Shown here in pieces: positions 39,631 through 51,645 of a DNA stretch of 64,000 nt. The notes under the pieces are model-generated. The model made no database searches, was not told the origin of the DNA, and saw only the letters and a program-made list of their open reading frames with translations. The DNA lies in NCBI GenBank assembly GCA_036785375.1, contig JAWMAR010000010.1, positions 6,510,001 to 6,574,000 of the forward strand, read 5' to 3'. How positions within the stretch are numbered: the stretch's first letter is position 1; every line of letters begins with the position of its first letter. This DNA is from Leucoraja ocellata. Its lineage: Eukaryota. The position numbers and the translations under genes are program-made.

Positions 39631-39897
39631 CTCCCAGAGGGAATGTCTCAGTGGTGACTGGGACTAAGGGGGGTTCGGCCACGTTACCCTGTGTGTTCCC
39701 ACCGCCTCCACTCAACCAGGTCCCGCTCGCGGTCACATGGATGTGGAAGGATCCCTACCGACACATCGTCACGCTCAGACCCCAAGCTGGTGGATCCTGG
39801 GCGGCGGAGAACGGAGCAACTCGGTTCGAGCTGGTCGGGGACCCAGAGCTGGGAAACGCCGCAACCAGGATAAAGCAGCTGAGTGTGGAGGACAATC
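39631..39897 (+). pseudogene. Inverted, 3'-truncated paralogous copy of the V2 exon
   Basis: Reads GGSATLPCVFPPPPLNQVPLAVTWMWKDPYRHIV...IKQLSVEDN and then breaks into a SINE before the F-strand Cys. The upstream intron is also homologous to 25212-25680. Confidence 0.85.
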
Positions 39898-41161
39898 ACG
39901 GTGGAGATTGTGACCTTATCCCCTCTTCCAATTCCCAATTTTAATACTTACCAAAGCCAATTAACCTACAAATCTGTACATCCTTGGAGTGTGGGAGGGA
40001 ACCGGAACACCCAGTGTAAACCCACAGAGGGAGAACGTACAAACTCCGTACAGACAGCACCCCTAGTCAGATCAAATCCGGGACCTCTGGCGCTGTAAGG
40101 CAGCATCTCTACCATAGCCAATAGGGAAATTTTCTCTTTTGTGCATGCGTATGGCATGATTGCAAGTCAAGAATCAACAGTATTTAATTATCATATGTGC
40201 TGAAACAAGACAATGACATTCTTATTTACAACAGCATAACATGGTCTGTAGGCACATTAGATAGCATGATAATCGAAAGATCAATAAAGTAACAAAAAAA
40301 AAACAATATTAGTTATAAAAAGGATAAAAAGAATGTAATAATAAGGACTGATGGTGGTTTATACCAAGATAGATTCAAAATGCTGGAGTCACTCAGTGGG
40401 TCAGGCAGCATCTCTAGAGAATACTCCCTCTTCTCCCCTCTCGCATCAGGCAATAGGTACAAAAGTGTGAAAACGCACATCTCCAGATTCAGGGATAGTT
40501 TCTTCCCAGCTGTTTTCACGCAACTGAACCATTCCCATCAACAACTGGAGGGCGATCCTGAGCTACCAATGTGACTTAGACATGATCCAAGTCACATTGA
40601 AGCCCCTTGGAATATCTTAAATCGGACTTCATTGGACTTTATCTTGCACTAAACGTTATTCCCTCTATCCTGGATCTGTACACGGTGGACGGTTGGATTG
40701 TATTCATGTACAGTCTTTCTGTTGAGTGGATGGCACACAACAAAATAAGCTTTACTCTGTACCTTGGTACACCTGGCAATAAACTAAACTCATCTAAACT
40801 GGGTGACGTTTCTGAAGACAGGCCCTGACACAAAACATCACCTATCCATGTTCTTCAGTCTAAAGATAGGTCTAAGTCCCCTCAGTCTGAAGAAGGGTCT
40901 CGACTCAAAATGTCATCTATGCCTTTTCTCCCGAAATGCTGCCTGACCAGTTGTTACTCCAGCATTTTGTGTCCACCTTCACCAGAAATGCAGCCTGTCC
41001 CACCGAGTTACTCCAGCACTTTGTGACTATCCCGATATTAGTATATCCCATGGATTGACTGGAAAGCACACAAACACGGTTCTTCACTGTAACTCGGTAC
41101 AGGCAACAGTAATAAACCTACACTGTACCAATAAAGCGATCGTAATAAAAAAGACACCTAC

Positions 41162-41222
41162 TGTTTCCATGTACTGAGACCAACAGCAGAACTGTAGGCA
41201 GCCAAGTGGAGAGAATCATCAT
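41162..41222 (-). CDS. Siglec-15-like receptor exon 1 (signal peptide)
   Basis: Minus strand reads MMILSTWLPTVLLLVSVHGN + A|gtaggt. The phase-1 donor is compatible with the V1 exon, and the exon sits in non-repetitive sequence. Confidence 0.7.
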
Positions 41223-41257
41223 CGCTGGCTATCTCGTGGTGTCCAGCTCTCCACACT

Positions 41258-41313
41258 GGGACTTTCAGCCTTTACACAATACAAAACCAGATGCCAGCGT
41301 TTCTTCACTTCCT
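41258..41313 (-). promoter_or_regulatory. Putative immune promoter motifs (kB-like and ETS/PU.1-like) upstream of the Siglec-like leader
   Basis: GGGACTTTCA at 41258-41267 (9/10 match to GGGACTTTCC) and CACTTCCT at 41306-41313, both within 100 nt of the ATG. Confidence 0.4.
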
Positions 41314-41359
41314 GGTTCACTCCCAACGAACAGTGAATTCAGTGACAATTAAGAGACGG

Positions 41360-41885
41360 GGGCGGCACGGTGGCGCAGCAGTTGAGTTGCTGCCTTACAG
41401 CACCAGAGACCCGGGTTCAATCCTGACCACAGGTGCTGTCTGTACGGAGTTTGTATGCTCTCCCCATGAACGCGCGAGGTTTCTTTGGTTTCCCCAACAA
41501 TCCAAAGGCATACAGGTTGGTAGGTTAATTGGCTTTGGTCCATTTGTAAATTGTCCCCAGTGTGTAGGATAGTGCTAGTATATGGTGTTCACTAGTCCGT
41601 ACAGTCTTGGTGGGCCAAAGATCAGCGTTTCCACTCTGTATCTCCAAACTAAACCAAACTAAGCATTTTCACGTTGAGCGTGACTGCGTAGGTTTTCTCC
41701 AGGTGCTACGGTTTCCTCCAAAGCTGTGCGAGGTTTGTAGGTTAATTGGCTTCTGTAAATCATAATTTGTCCCCAGTGTGTGTTGGATGGTGTTAGTGTA
41801 CGGGGTGGGTGAATGCTGTTTGGCGTGGACTCGGTGGGCCTAAGGGCCTGTTTCTGCACTGTATCTCTAAAGTCTAAAGTCCAAA
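41360..41885 (+). mobile_element. Two tandem SINEs
   Basis: ggcggcacggtggcgcagcagttgagttgctgcc head and (taaac)/(taaagtc) tails. Confidence 0.8.
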
Positions 41886-42249
41886 TTATAACACTGTATA
41901 GTTCCACATTTCACACAGAATGTCTGACCTGATGTGTTTCCAAATCTTCCTGTTGCATTATGCACTATAGTTGTGAAATCCCTTTCCAGTCAGAAGATAA
42001 TTTGTAAACACAGAACCTATTGACCATCTAAGTTAAGTGATTCGCTGGGGAACTGCAGAGGGAAGTTCAGACTCAGCTGAGGTGGTGTGGGCCTACTGTT
42101 GTATGTTGAAACAATAACAGTGTCGGATTTGCTTCTCAAAAGGACGTTAGTACTTCAATTTGTTTAGTTTAGAGATACAGTGTGATCCCACCGATCCCAT
42201 GCCGACCAGCAATCACCCACACAATAGTTCTATCTTACAATTTACAGAA

Positions 42250-43527
42250 ACCACGGAAAAATACAAATTAAAAAGAGGCGTTCACGCATTGAAGTGGTTC
42301 GCATATGACTCAAAGTTTAACCCAGGGGTGTATGATTCAAAATTCAAAGAATGGGCACAAAAAGGCATAACGGCAATGTATACAGTTTCAGAAAATGGCG
42401 AGTTTATGAGCTTCCAAGATTTAAAGTCAAAGTATGGTCTCGAAAACAAAGATATTTTTAGATACTTGCAATTAAGAGACTACTTTATAAAAGAGATAAG
42501 GCCAGAACTAGATGAAACTTCAAATAATGTGATCAAGGTGATTGTGGATGCATACAAACAGAAGGGGTCTCGGGTCATCTCTGCTTTCTACCAAGCTCTG
42601 GTGGAAAGCGGGGGAGAATCAACGCTCTACATAAAAACAAAATGGGAAGCAGAATTAAAGATTCAAATAACAGAAGAAGAATGGTATCATATGTGTGAAA
42701 CACAATGTTCATCCGCAAGCTCACTAGTATGGAGAGAATTTTGCTGGAAGAATCTATCTCGCTTTTTTATAACACCCAAAATAAAAAGCAGACAACTTGC
42801 TGTCCTACAACACTGTTGGAGGCTGTGTGGGAGTACGGAGGCAGACCACTCACATATTTTCTGGAACTGTGTAAAGATAAGGCCATACTGGGAAAATGTT
42901 AATGCAACTGTAAATAATATCTTGGGTTATAAAATCCCAAATACTTGCCCTGTGATGTATCTGGGGCGTATGAAAGATAGTGTAAATATAGAAGATACAT
43001 ATTTGATTAAAGTTTTGCTTGCAGCAAGTAAGAAGGCCATTACCAGGCAGTGGCTTCATGAAAAAAGTCCAAAACAGGAACAGTGGTTAGAAATTGTGTG
43101 AGACATCTTTAATATGGAGAAACTGACATATTCCTTGAGATTCAAGGATAATTCATTTGAGAAGATCTGTGAAAAATGGGCTGTTTATTTGAGCCATGAC
43201 ACCAATTAGATAAATGCCGAGCTAGATACGGGAAGATTGCGTTATATAGAACTAGATGGTATGTTTGTATGAATGTTGAATTATCTCCAGATAACTAATC
43301 AATGTAATGGTTTTTCTTTTTTTAATTTGGTAAGTGAACCACACGGTCTTATTCCAATTTTTTAATTTATTTATTTACTTCTTTTTTGTTTTTCTCCCCA
43401 TCTACTTATTTTTTTATTTTGATTGCTGTTTTTCTTACTTTGTTTTATTTATGGTGATGGTGTTGCACTGTTTTGAAAATATCTCTTAAAAATCTATAAA
43501 AATGTAAGTGAAAAAAAAAAAAAAAAA
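42250..43527 (+). mobile_element. L1/Tx1-clade LINE 3' part with poly(A) tail, inserted in a minus-strand SINE
   Basis: FRYLQLRDY, KTKWE and CWRLCG..HSHIFWNC motifs, a T-rich 3' UTR, and A17 at 43511-43527. Confidence 0.9.
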
Positions 43528-43609
43528 GCAACCAATGTACCTACAAACCCACATGTCTTTAGAATGTGGGAGGAAACCGGAGCACCTGGAGAAACCCAAC
43601 GTGGTCACG

Positions 43610-44155
43610 GTTTCAAGGTTTCAAGGTCAGTTTATTGTCACATGTACCAATTAAGGTATACAGCCACACGAAAAAAAAGCAACAAGACACACAACTACAT
43701 AAAAGTCAACATAAACATCCACCACAGGGGATTCCCCACATTCCTCACTGTGAAGGAAGACAGTAGAGTCCGACCTTTTTCCTCTTTTATTTTCCTGCAG
43801 TCGAGGTAGTCGAACCATCCACACTCGGGGCAATCGGAGGCCCCACGTCGGGGCGATCAAAGACCCCGCGTTGGGGCGGTCGAAGCTTCTGCAGCTTGGT
43901 GTTCCCAAAGTGGGTCTCTAACCAGAGACCGTGAGCTCCACAATGTTAGTCTGCAGTCACCCGCGGTGGAGTTCTCGAAGTCGGTCTCCAGCAAAGGTGG
44001 CCAACTCCTCGATGGTAGGGGGAAATCGCATCTCCGTCCAGGTAAGAGATTAGAAAAATGTCCTCCCCCCCCCCCCCCCCCACAGAAAACAAGCTAAAGA
44101 ACATTAAAAACATACATTTAACACATACAAACAAACAACAAAGAAGGAAGGGACA
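43610..44155 (-). mobile_element. GC-rich interspersed repeat (related copies at 57005-57745 and 60820-61380)
   Basis: Shared catccaccacagggg..ttcctcactgtg..gagctcca.gatgtt..poly-C blocks. Confidence 0.7.
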
Positions 44156-46859
44156 GGGTGAACATACAAACTCTGTACAGACAAACACCCTTAGTCAGGA
44201 TCGATCCCGAATCTTTGGTGCTGTAAGGCAGCAACTGTACCACTGTGCCACTGTGCCACCCAAATGGGACAGGATTTCACAAATGATCACTTACTTTTTA
44301 TTCCAATGTCTACTTTGTTTAATTTCATCAGATCTGTCCATTGCCAAAAAAGCCAGCATTTAATTGCCCCAAAAAAGACCACCAGTGCTGGAGGAACTCA
44401 GTGGGTCAGACATCTTCCATCCTCCAGCCTTACAATTTGCAACTATTCAGTCCTTTTGTCTCACACCTTCTGTCTTTACATCTCTGGCCTTTGTCTAACC
44501 ACCTGCCTCTAACCACCCTCCCCCCTCCCCCTGTATCAACCTATCACCTCTCAAGCTTTGTCCTGCCCTGCCCCTCTTCCAGCTTTCTTCTCCCATCTAC
44601 AATCAGTCTGAAGAAGTGTCCCGACCCAAAACGTCACCTATCCATGTCCTCGAGGGAGGCTGCTTGTCCATTGGATGGGGCATTTTGGTTGGCATGGACA
44701 GATTGGGCTGAAGGGCTTGTTCCGTGCTCTACCACTCTATGACCAAAGGGCAGCATGGCAGTGCAACGTTAGAACTGTACGGAGTTTGTACGTTCTCCCC
44801 GTGACCTGCGTGGATTTTCTCCATATCTCCGGTTTTCTCCAACACTCCAAAGACGTACAGGTTCGCAGGTTAATTGGCTTTGTCTAATTATAAATTGTCC
44901 CAAGTGTGTGTGGGATTGCTGGTCAGCAAGGACTCGATGGGCTGAAGGGCCTGTCTTTGAGATGTATCTCAAAACTAATCTAAAGGAGGTAGTTGTACAG
45001 GTACAATAAGATCAGTTAAATGACAGGTGCATGGGTAGGACAGGTGTAGAGGGATAAGGGCCAGGCATGGACAAATAGGACTAGCTTAGACGGGACATTT
45101 TCGTTGGCATGGATAGGTTGGGTTGAAGAGCCTGTTTCTGTGCTGTATGACTCTATGGCTAATAAAATGTTAGGATTTGTGTAAACAAGTGGTTGATGGG
45201 CCGAAGAGCCTACAACCCTACGACAACAAACCCATGATCTTTCCATTGTTATCCTCGAAGAGGAACCCCTCAGGGAATGCGGGACTCAAATCTGATTTCA
45301 GAAAACAAACTGCTGGAGCCACTTAGCCGGTCAGGCAGCGTCTGAGGAGGAGAATTGAACTGTCGACATTTCACGCCAAAATCTTTCGTTAGAGCCTTCA
45401 CCCCCTCCTCAGTCCACCAATGATTACCGGACTCTCTCTCACCCTTCTCCCTCTCCTCTTGATATCCATCTTTTTCTTAGTCCCGATACATCATCAACTC
45501 CTTCCCCTCCACAGATGCTGCCTGCCTGACCTACTGAGTTCCTCCAGCAGATTGTATTTAGCTCCAGATTTCAGCAACGGAAGTCGCTTGTGTTTCAAAT
45601 CAGATTTAACTCCATCTCATTGTTTTTCATTAACGGCTTGAAAGATCTAGCCTGGAAACAGGCCCTTCGGCCCATCGAATCATTTAGAACGGAGATGAGG
45701 AAACTTTTTCACACAGAAAGTTGTAAGGCTGTGGAATTCTCTGCCTCAGAGGGCGGTGGAGGCTGGTTCTCTGGAATCTTTCAAGAGAGAGCTAGATAGG
45801 GCTTGTGCAGATAGCAGAGTGAGGGGATATGGGGAGAAGGCAGGAACGGGGTACTGATTGGGGATGATCAGCCATGATCACGTTGAAGAGCCGTATGGCC
45901 TACTCCTGCACCTATTGTCTATTGTCTATTGCATCCACGTAGGCCATTGATCACTCGTTGTATGTTCTGAATGTTTGACCCTCACTTCTGAATCCACTTT
46001 CTACACATGAGGGTCAATTTGCAGAGGGCCAATTAACCTACAAACCTGCACGTCTTAGCGTGTGGGAGGAAACTGGAGCACCCGGAGGAAACCCATGCGG
46101 TCACAGGGGGAATATGCAAACTCCTACAGACAGCTGTCGAGGTCATGAACTAACCTTGGTCTCTGGTGCTGGAGGCAGCAGCTCTACCAGTTGCTACATT
46201 AATGATTACAGATAAGATTTCTAATCACTCTCCAATCTCAGTTTGTTCTCAGTTTGTTAACCTTCATCCCTGGCCTTAATGCCAGGGGAGACTATAAAAC
46301 AGGTCATTGACATGTTCTGGACCAGAGTTCTCCACATGTGCTTCCTGGCATGGATATTGATAAGGCAATTGATAAACTCCCCCATGGCAGGCCATTAGCT
46401 CCCGATCAGCTGTGCGGGACAGCAGAAGCTCCCAGCAGAAGCTCACCAGCCGCAGAACCAGGAACTCAACTGGAGTCATCCGAGGCTCGTCTCCTGTTCA
46501 ATTCCAAAGACCAGGAAGCGGGAAGGAGGGGGGGAGGGGTCGGCGATGATAGCGGACGCTGGTCAGAGGGCCGTTTTCAAGATGGCGGCGGACAGGGGAG
46601 AGGATCGGTGTCTCCAGGACAACGGGCCTTTAAGGCCAAGATAAGACTGCGCTCTTAACAACTTTGAAACTTTGTGGGCACCAAAAACATGGCGACCCTT
46701 TGTTTACTGTCTCGGTGAAGCCGACCATTGAACTACAATCGTTGCACATTTGTATTTATTTATGGTTGTGCTTATCTATAGTATGATTTGCCTGGATTGT
46801 ATGCAGATTTGCACTGTGCCTCGATATATAGATACAAGTGACAATAAAGTATCATTGTC

Positions 46860-47850
46860 ATCAGAAGATTAAAGTACGTTCACAGTGACCTGGTCAGATG
46901 GATTCAGAACTGGATTACTGATAGAAGACTGAGGGATGTGGTGGAAGGTCAATATTCAGGCCGGAGAGAATATATAATTAATGGCATGACCCTTATCAAC
47001 ATTGATGTACAGAGGGATCTTTGGGTCCAAGTCCCTGAAAATGGCAACGCAAGTGGATACAGTGGTAAAGAAGGCATATGGTATGCTTGCCTTCATTGAT
47101 CAGGTCATTGAGTATTAGAGTCAGGAAGTCATGATGCAGCCTTGTAGGACTACTTTAAGGGCAGCATGGTGGCACAGCGGTAGAGCTACTGCTCACAGCG
47201 GCAGGGACCCGGGTTCGATCCTGATTGTGGCTGCTTGTCTGTACGGAGTTTATACATTATCCCCGTGAACCATGTGGGTTTTCTCCGAATCTTAGGTTTC
47301 CTCCCACACTCCAAAGACGTACAGGTTTGTAGGCGGATTGGCTCGGTATAAACCTAAATTGTCCCTAGTGTGCGTAGGATCGTGTAAGTGTGCGGGGATC
47401 GCTGGTTGGTGCGGCTCAGTGGGCCGAAGGGCCTGTTTGCGCGCTGTATCTCTAAACTAAATTAAACTAGACTAAGGTTAGGCCACATTTGGAGTATTGA
47501 GTGCAGTTCTGGTCACCCCATTACAGGAAGGATGGGAAGCCTTTGGAGAGGGTGCAGAGTAGGTTTACCAGAATTATGCCTACATTAGGGGGTATTCGTG
47601 CACAGAGTGGTTGCACAGACTTTGGTTATTTTCTCTAGAAAGACCAGATCAAATGATATAAAATTATGAAAGGAGTAGAAATGAAAGAATCTGAACTTTT
47701 TCCCAGGATAGATATATCAAATATTAGGAGTCAGAGCTTTAAGGTGAGAGTGATAAAGTTTAAAGGAGATGTGCGGGGCAAGGTTTGTAAACAGAGGGTG
47801 GTGAGTACCTGGAATGCTTTGCCAGGGATGGTAGTGGAGGCAGGTCTGAT
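46860..47850 (+). mobile_element. Older CR1-clade LINE fragment with a nested SINE (47160-47475)
   Basis: Decayed VKKAYGMLAFI / RPHLEY / WNALP motifs around a full SINE. Confidence 0.75.
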
Positions 47851-48613
47851 AGTCAATCTTTGCCTCTCAATCTCATTGTGCTGTCTTCTCCACATAACCC
47901 CTGACACCTGTACTAATCAATAATTTATCTACTGTATCTCTGCCTTAAAAATATCCATTGATGGCCTCCACAACCTTCTGTGGCAATGAATTCTACAAAC
48001 TCACTACCCTCAGGCTAAATAAATTCCTCCTCGTCTCCTTTCTCAAGGTACGTCCTTTTATTCTGAGGCTGTGCTATTGGTCCTTGGGAAGGAGAGATAT
48101 GTATTAAGTGCAGGCAGATAGGAGTAAGTCTTGGCATTATGTTCAACACAGACATTGTGGGCTGGAGGGCTTATTCCTGTGCTGTACTGTTTTATATTCT
48201 ATGTTCTGACCTGTTGACTTACTGCAGCTCATTGCGTTTTGCAAAAGAATAAAACATACGGTTATCATGTTTTAGTAATTTATTTCATTTTTGCACTATT
48301 CAAGAATAAAACAGTCCGTCTTTTTCCCGAATGTATTGTAGAACCGGATTGTAATATAGTTATTTAATATTTAGTAGTAAGAATAATTGGTAATTTTTGT
48401 ATTTGGTGGTGGGTGTGTTGGTGTTGTTTGCTTGGTGTAAATAATTGAACACGTTTATTTTTAGTAAAAAAATCTTCTTCCTCATAATAAATCAGTGCAA
48501 TTCGTGCCGACACAATGCAATTTCTGGAATCTGTCACTAGAGGGGTTTTCAATCCCTTGTTCGTTACTATTAGTGATGTATATGTGAACAGATACTGAAT
48601 CCAGAAAGCCTAT

Positions 48614-48712
48614 GTCGCTGGAAACTACCTATTGAACGAGTGTCCATAGGGACCGCTTCTATCAGTAACGTATCCATGGAAACTACACCTAGATAGAGTT
48701 GTTGTGGATAAC
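48614..48712. promoter_or_regulatory. Cluster of RFX X-box-like motifs
   Basis: GTATCCATGGAAAC (48670-48683), GTGTCCATAGGGAC (48640-48653) and GTCGCTGGAAAC (48614-48625) in unique sequence. Confidence 0.5.
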
Positions 48713-49074
48713 ACATTTCCAATTGATTGACCATGAAAAGTGCAGTCTCATGATCAGCAATGGAAGTCACAGATCAGATTAGTTTATTGTCATATCCCAC
48801 AGGGGGCAATGAAATTGCTTGTTCACGAGACGCATGGAGTAAACAGTACTCATATAGCAATGATAAATACAGCAAGACCTTCAACGACAAGAACAAAACA
48901 GCAGAATGGAGAAAGATATACGTATATATAAATACATAAATATAAATATATATATATGTGTGTAAACATGGTTCACTGTAAATATAATAAATGGAAAAAG
49001 TTCATCATATATATTTATATATAAACATAGGTATACACACATACACACACACACAAATTGATGGATCTCTGCAA

Positions 49075-49405
49075 TGGGAAAGGGGGAGGGAAAGAGGGAT
49101 GAGGGAGAGGGAGGGAGAGAGAAAAAAGGGAGAGAGGGAGGAAAAGAGAGGGGCGAAGAAAGATTGATAGGGAGGGGCACAGAGAAGAGTGAGAGAGAAG
49201 AGGGAAGAAATAGAGTAAGAGGGGGCGAGGGAAGAGTGAGAGGTGGAGGGGGAGGGAGTGATGGAGAGAGGAGAAAGTAGAGAGGGAGAGGGGAGAGCGA
49301 GGATGGAAGAGTGAGGAGGGGAAAGGGTGAAGGGGGAGAGAAGAGGGAGAGAGGGGGAGAGGGAGAGTGATGGGGGGGGGGGGGCAGAGTGAAGGGAGTG
49401 AGGGT
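49075..49405 (+). repeat. Polypurine (GA-rich) low-complexity tract
   Basis: About 330 nt of almost only G/A. Confidence 0.9.
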
Positions 49406-49409
49406 GACC

Positions 49410-49860
49410 CTCATGTCCCGGGCTCTGGGACACTCCGAGCCAAAGATCCTCTAGTATCTTTGCTCCGAGCGGCGGCTTTGCTGGGCTCGGCAGTGGCCCG
49501 CAGGCGGCGCCCGGGGTCTGCGGCAGGCGGGCGGGCAGGGTAGGGCAGGGCAAGGCAGGGCAGCGCCGCCCCGCTCCAGCCTCCCCGCCCTCCCGGCGCT
49601 CCCACATAAGGAGCCGGAGCCGGAGCCGGAGCCAGCGCTGTGCGCAGGGCGGCAGCTCCGTCAGTCCCAGCGTCGGGATCGCAGGCGGAGCCGGTGCCGG
49701 AGAGCGCAGCCCGGGAGGCCTAGCCGGAGCGGGAGCAGCTAAACCGGGATCAAAGGTGGAGGAGCACTTACACCGGGATCAGACTCGGAGCGGGCGGTGC
49801 AAACCGGGAGCAGGCTAGGAATCGGGAGCAACTAAACTGAGATCAGATCAGGAACGCGAA
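49410..49860 (+). promoter_or_regulatory. CpG island, probable promoter/5' end of the TESK gene
   Basis: Very GC- and CpG-rich stretch with GGGCGG boxes and (GGAGCC)n, 1.3-1.7 kb upstream of the kinase ATG. Confidence 0.75.
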
Positions 49861-50455
49861 CCCGGGATCAAACAGAATCAGATCTGGAGCAGATAGACTG
49901 GGATCTAACCAGGATCAGATCAGGAGCAGATAGACTGGGATCTAACCAGGATCAGATCAGGAGCAGATAGACTGGGATCTAACCAGGATCAGATCAGGAG
50001 CAGATAGACTGGGATCTAACCAGGATCAGACTGGGATCAATCGAGGATTGGAAAGACTGGGTGGGATCCGACAAGGAATCAGCAGATATCCTGGGACTGG
50101 ACCAGGATCAGCAGATAGACTGGGATCAGATCTGGAATCAGCTGCAGATAGACAGGGATCAAACCAGGATCGGACTGGGATCAATCGAGGATTGGAAAGA
50201 CTGGGTGGGATCCGACAAGGAATCAGCAGATATCCTGGGACTGGACCAGGACTCAGGATCAGGTAGACTGGGATCAAACAGGATCAGGTAGACTGGGATC
50301 AGACCAGGAGCAGATATACCAGGGTCAGGCCAGGAGCAGGTAGACCAGGGTCAGACCAGGATCAGCCAGACTGGGATCAGGCCCAGATCAGTCCAGGATT
50401 AGATAGACCGGGTCAAACCAGGAGCAGATAGATTGGAAAATCGGACCAGGAATCG
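49860..50455 (+). repeat. GGATC-rich minisatellite (37-bp unit x4, then ~144-bp higher-order duplication)
   Basis: agcagatagactgggatctaaccaggatcagatcagg starts at 49888, 49925, 49962 and 49999. The tcgaggattggaaagactggg block occurs at 50041 and 50185. Confidence 0.9.
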
Positions 50456-51145
50456 GGATCAATTAACAGCATTGCCGGCTTTGAGCAGAGAAGAGGTTCT
50501 ATTGCTACTCTACCCACTCTGAATCAATACAATCCATGCACAGGGTGAAGGGACCTCAGCCACCTCCCAGGTCAACACCCCAATGGTGAATAGTGACCAG
50601 TCTCCAAGTTCAGGAGACCTATTGCTCTTTTAGTTTGCGATTGAACGCTGAATATTGACTGCTTATCATCGCTTTATTCATTCATCTTTGCCAGATCAAT
50701 CATCGTTGCTGGATTATACCGATCATTGATTAATGGATCGCCAATTCATCAGTTTATTTGTTGACTTATCAATGCTGGATTATTGATGACTAGTTGCTGT
50801 GCAGAGCCAGGTTATTGATCAACATTGCAAGACTATTCGTCGACTATTGTTGAATGACCGGTGGTTTATTGATTCATTGTGCTTGGGCATCTAAATGACT
50901 CGCAAAGTGATCCAGGCTAGTCCTAGTTTATCACTAGCTGCTCATTGCTTCTCGCCTCTTCATGGGTTTGATCATACGAAGAGTGGGCCAAGTGGATGAA
51001 ATGCCGGGGTTGAAGGTGTGAAGGCTTCATCTCTGAACACTCCTGGAGCACCCCGTCTCCCCTTGCATTCCACTCCCGAGTCTGGGGAAGATGTGAATCA
51101 GGTTGGGGTAGGTCCGCTGGGAGGGGGAGGAGGGCAGGCAGAGAG

Positions 51146-51364
51146 ATGGCGAGGGAAACAAACCTGAGATTGGACTTGCCCAGTGAGGTCCTGGTGCCGG
51201 ACTGCGGGCCCTACTCGGCCCCCGTGTCGGGCGCGATGCTCGGCTGCAACTGTATGCGACCCTCCTCATACCGGGCGCTGTGCAGCGCTGTGTCCACCCT
51301 GGCCAGGATCGACGACTTCTACTGCGAGAAGATCGGCTCGGGATTCTTCTCGGAAGTGTTCAAG
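51146..51364 (+). CDS. TESK1: Dual-specificity testis-specific protein kinase (TESK family, TESK1-like), first coding exon
   Basis: [36 protein letters not shown]|gtaagg contains the TESK N-terminal motif and the kinase Gly-rich loop. SAVSxLAR favours TESK1 over TESK2, but this is not decisive. No exon 2 was recognised before the window end. Confidence 0.85.
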
Positions 51365-51439
51365 GTAAGGGTCTGACCGTCTAATCTAAAGAGTGTTTCA
51401 ATGTAGACTCATGGAACTGCTTTACAAACAAACACAAAA

Positions 51440-51645
51440 TCAGTGGGTCAGGCAGCATCTGTGGAGAACATGGATAGGTGACGTTTCACAGAGTGCTGGA
51501 GTAACTCAGCGGGTCAGGCAGCATCTATGGAGAACATGGATAGGTGACGTTTCACTGAGTGCTGGAGTAACTCAGTGGGTCAGGCAGCATCTCTGGAGAA
51601 TGTGAATGGGTGATGTTTCAGGTCGGGACCTTTCTTCAGACTGAT
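51440..51645 (-). repeat. 66-bp tandem repeat (x3) of Penelope-derived terminus
   Basis: Unit gtgctggagtaactcagcgggtcaggcagcatct.tggagaacatggataggtgacgtttcacaga. Confidence 0.85.

Noticed and set aside
41360-41430. tRNA genes
   Set aside because: These are tRNA-derived SINE heads continuing into SINE bodies, with no complete cloverleaf.
48881-49607. Pro/Ser/Leu-rich ORFs of 177-200 aa
   Set aside because: Products of the polypurine tract and CpG island, with no domain signal.
49860-50455. CRISPR-like array of 37-bp repeats
   Set aside because: Units are head-to-tail with no unique spacers, there are no cas genes, and the context is vertebrate.
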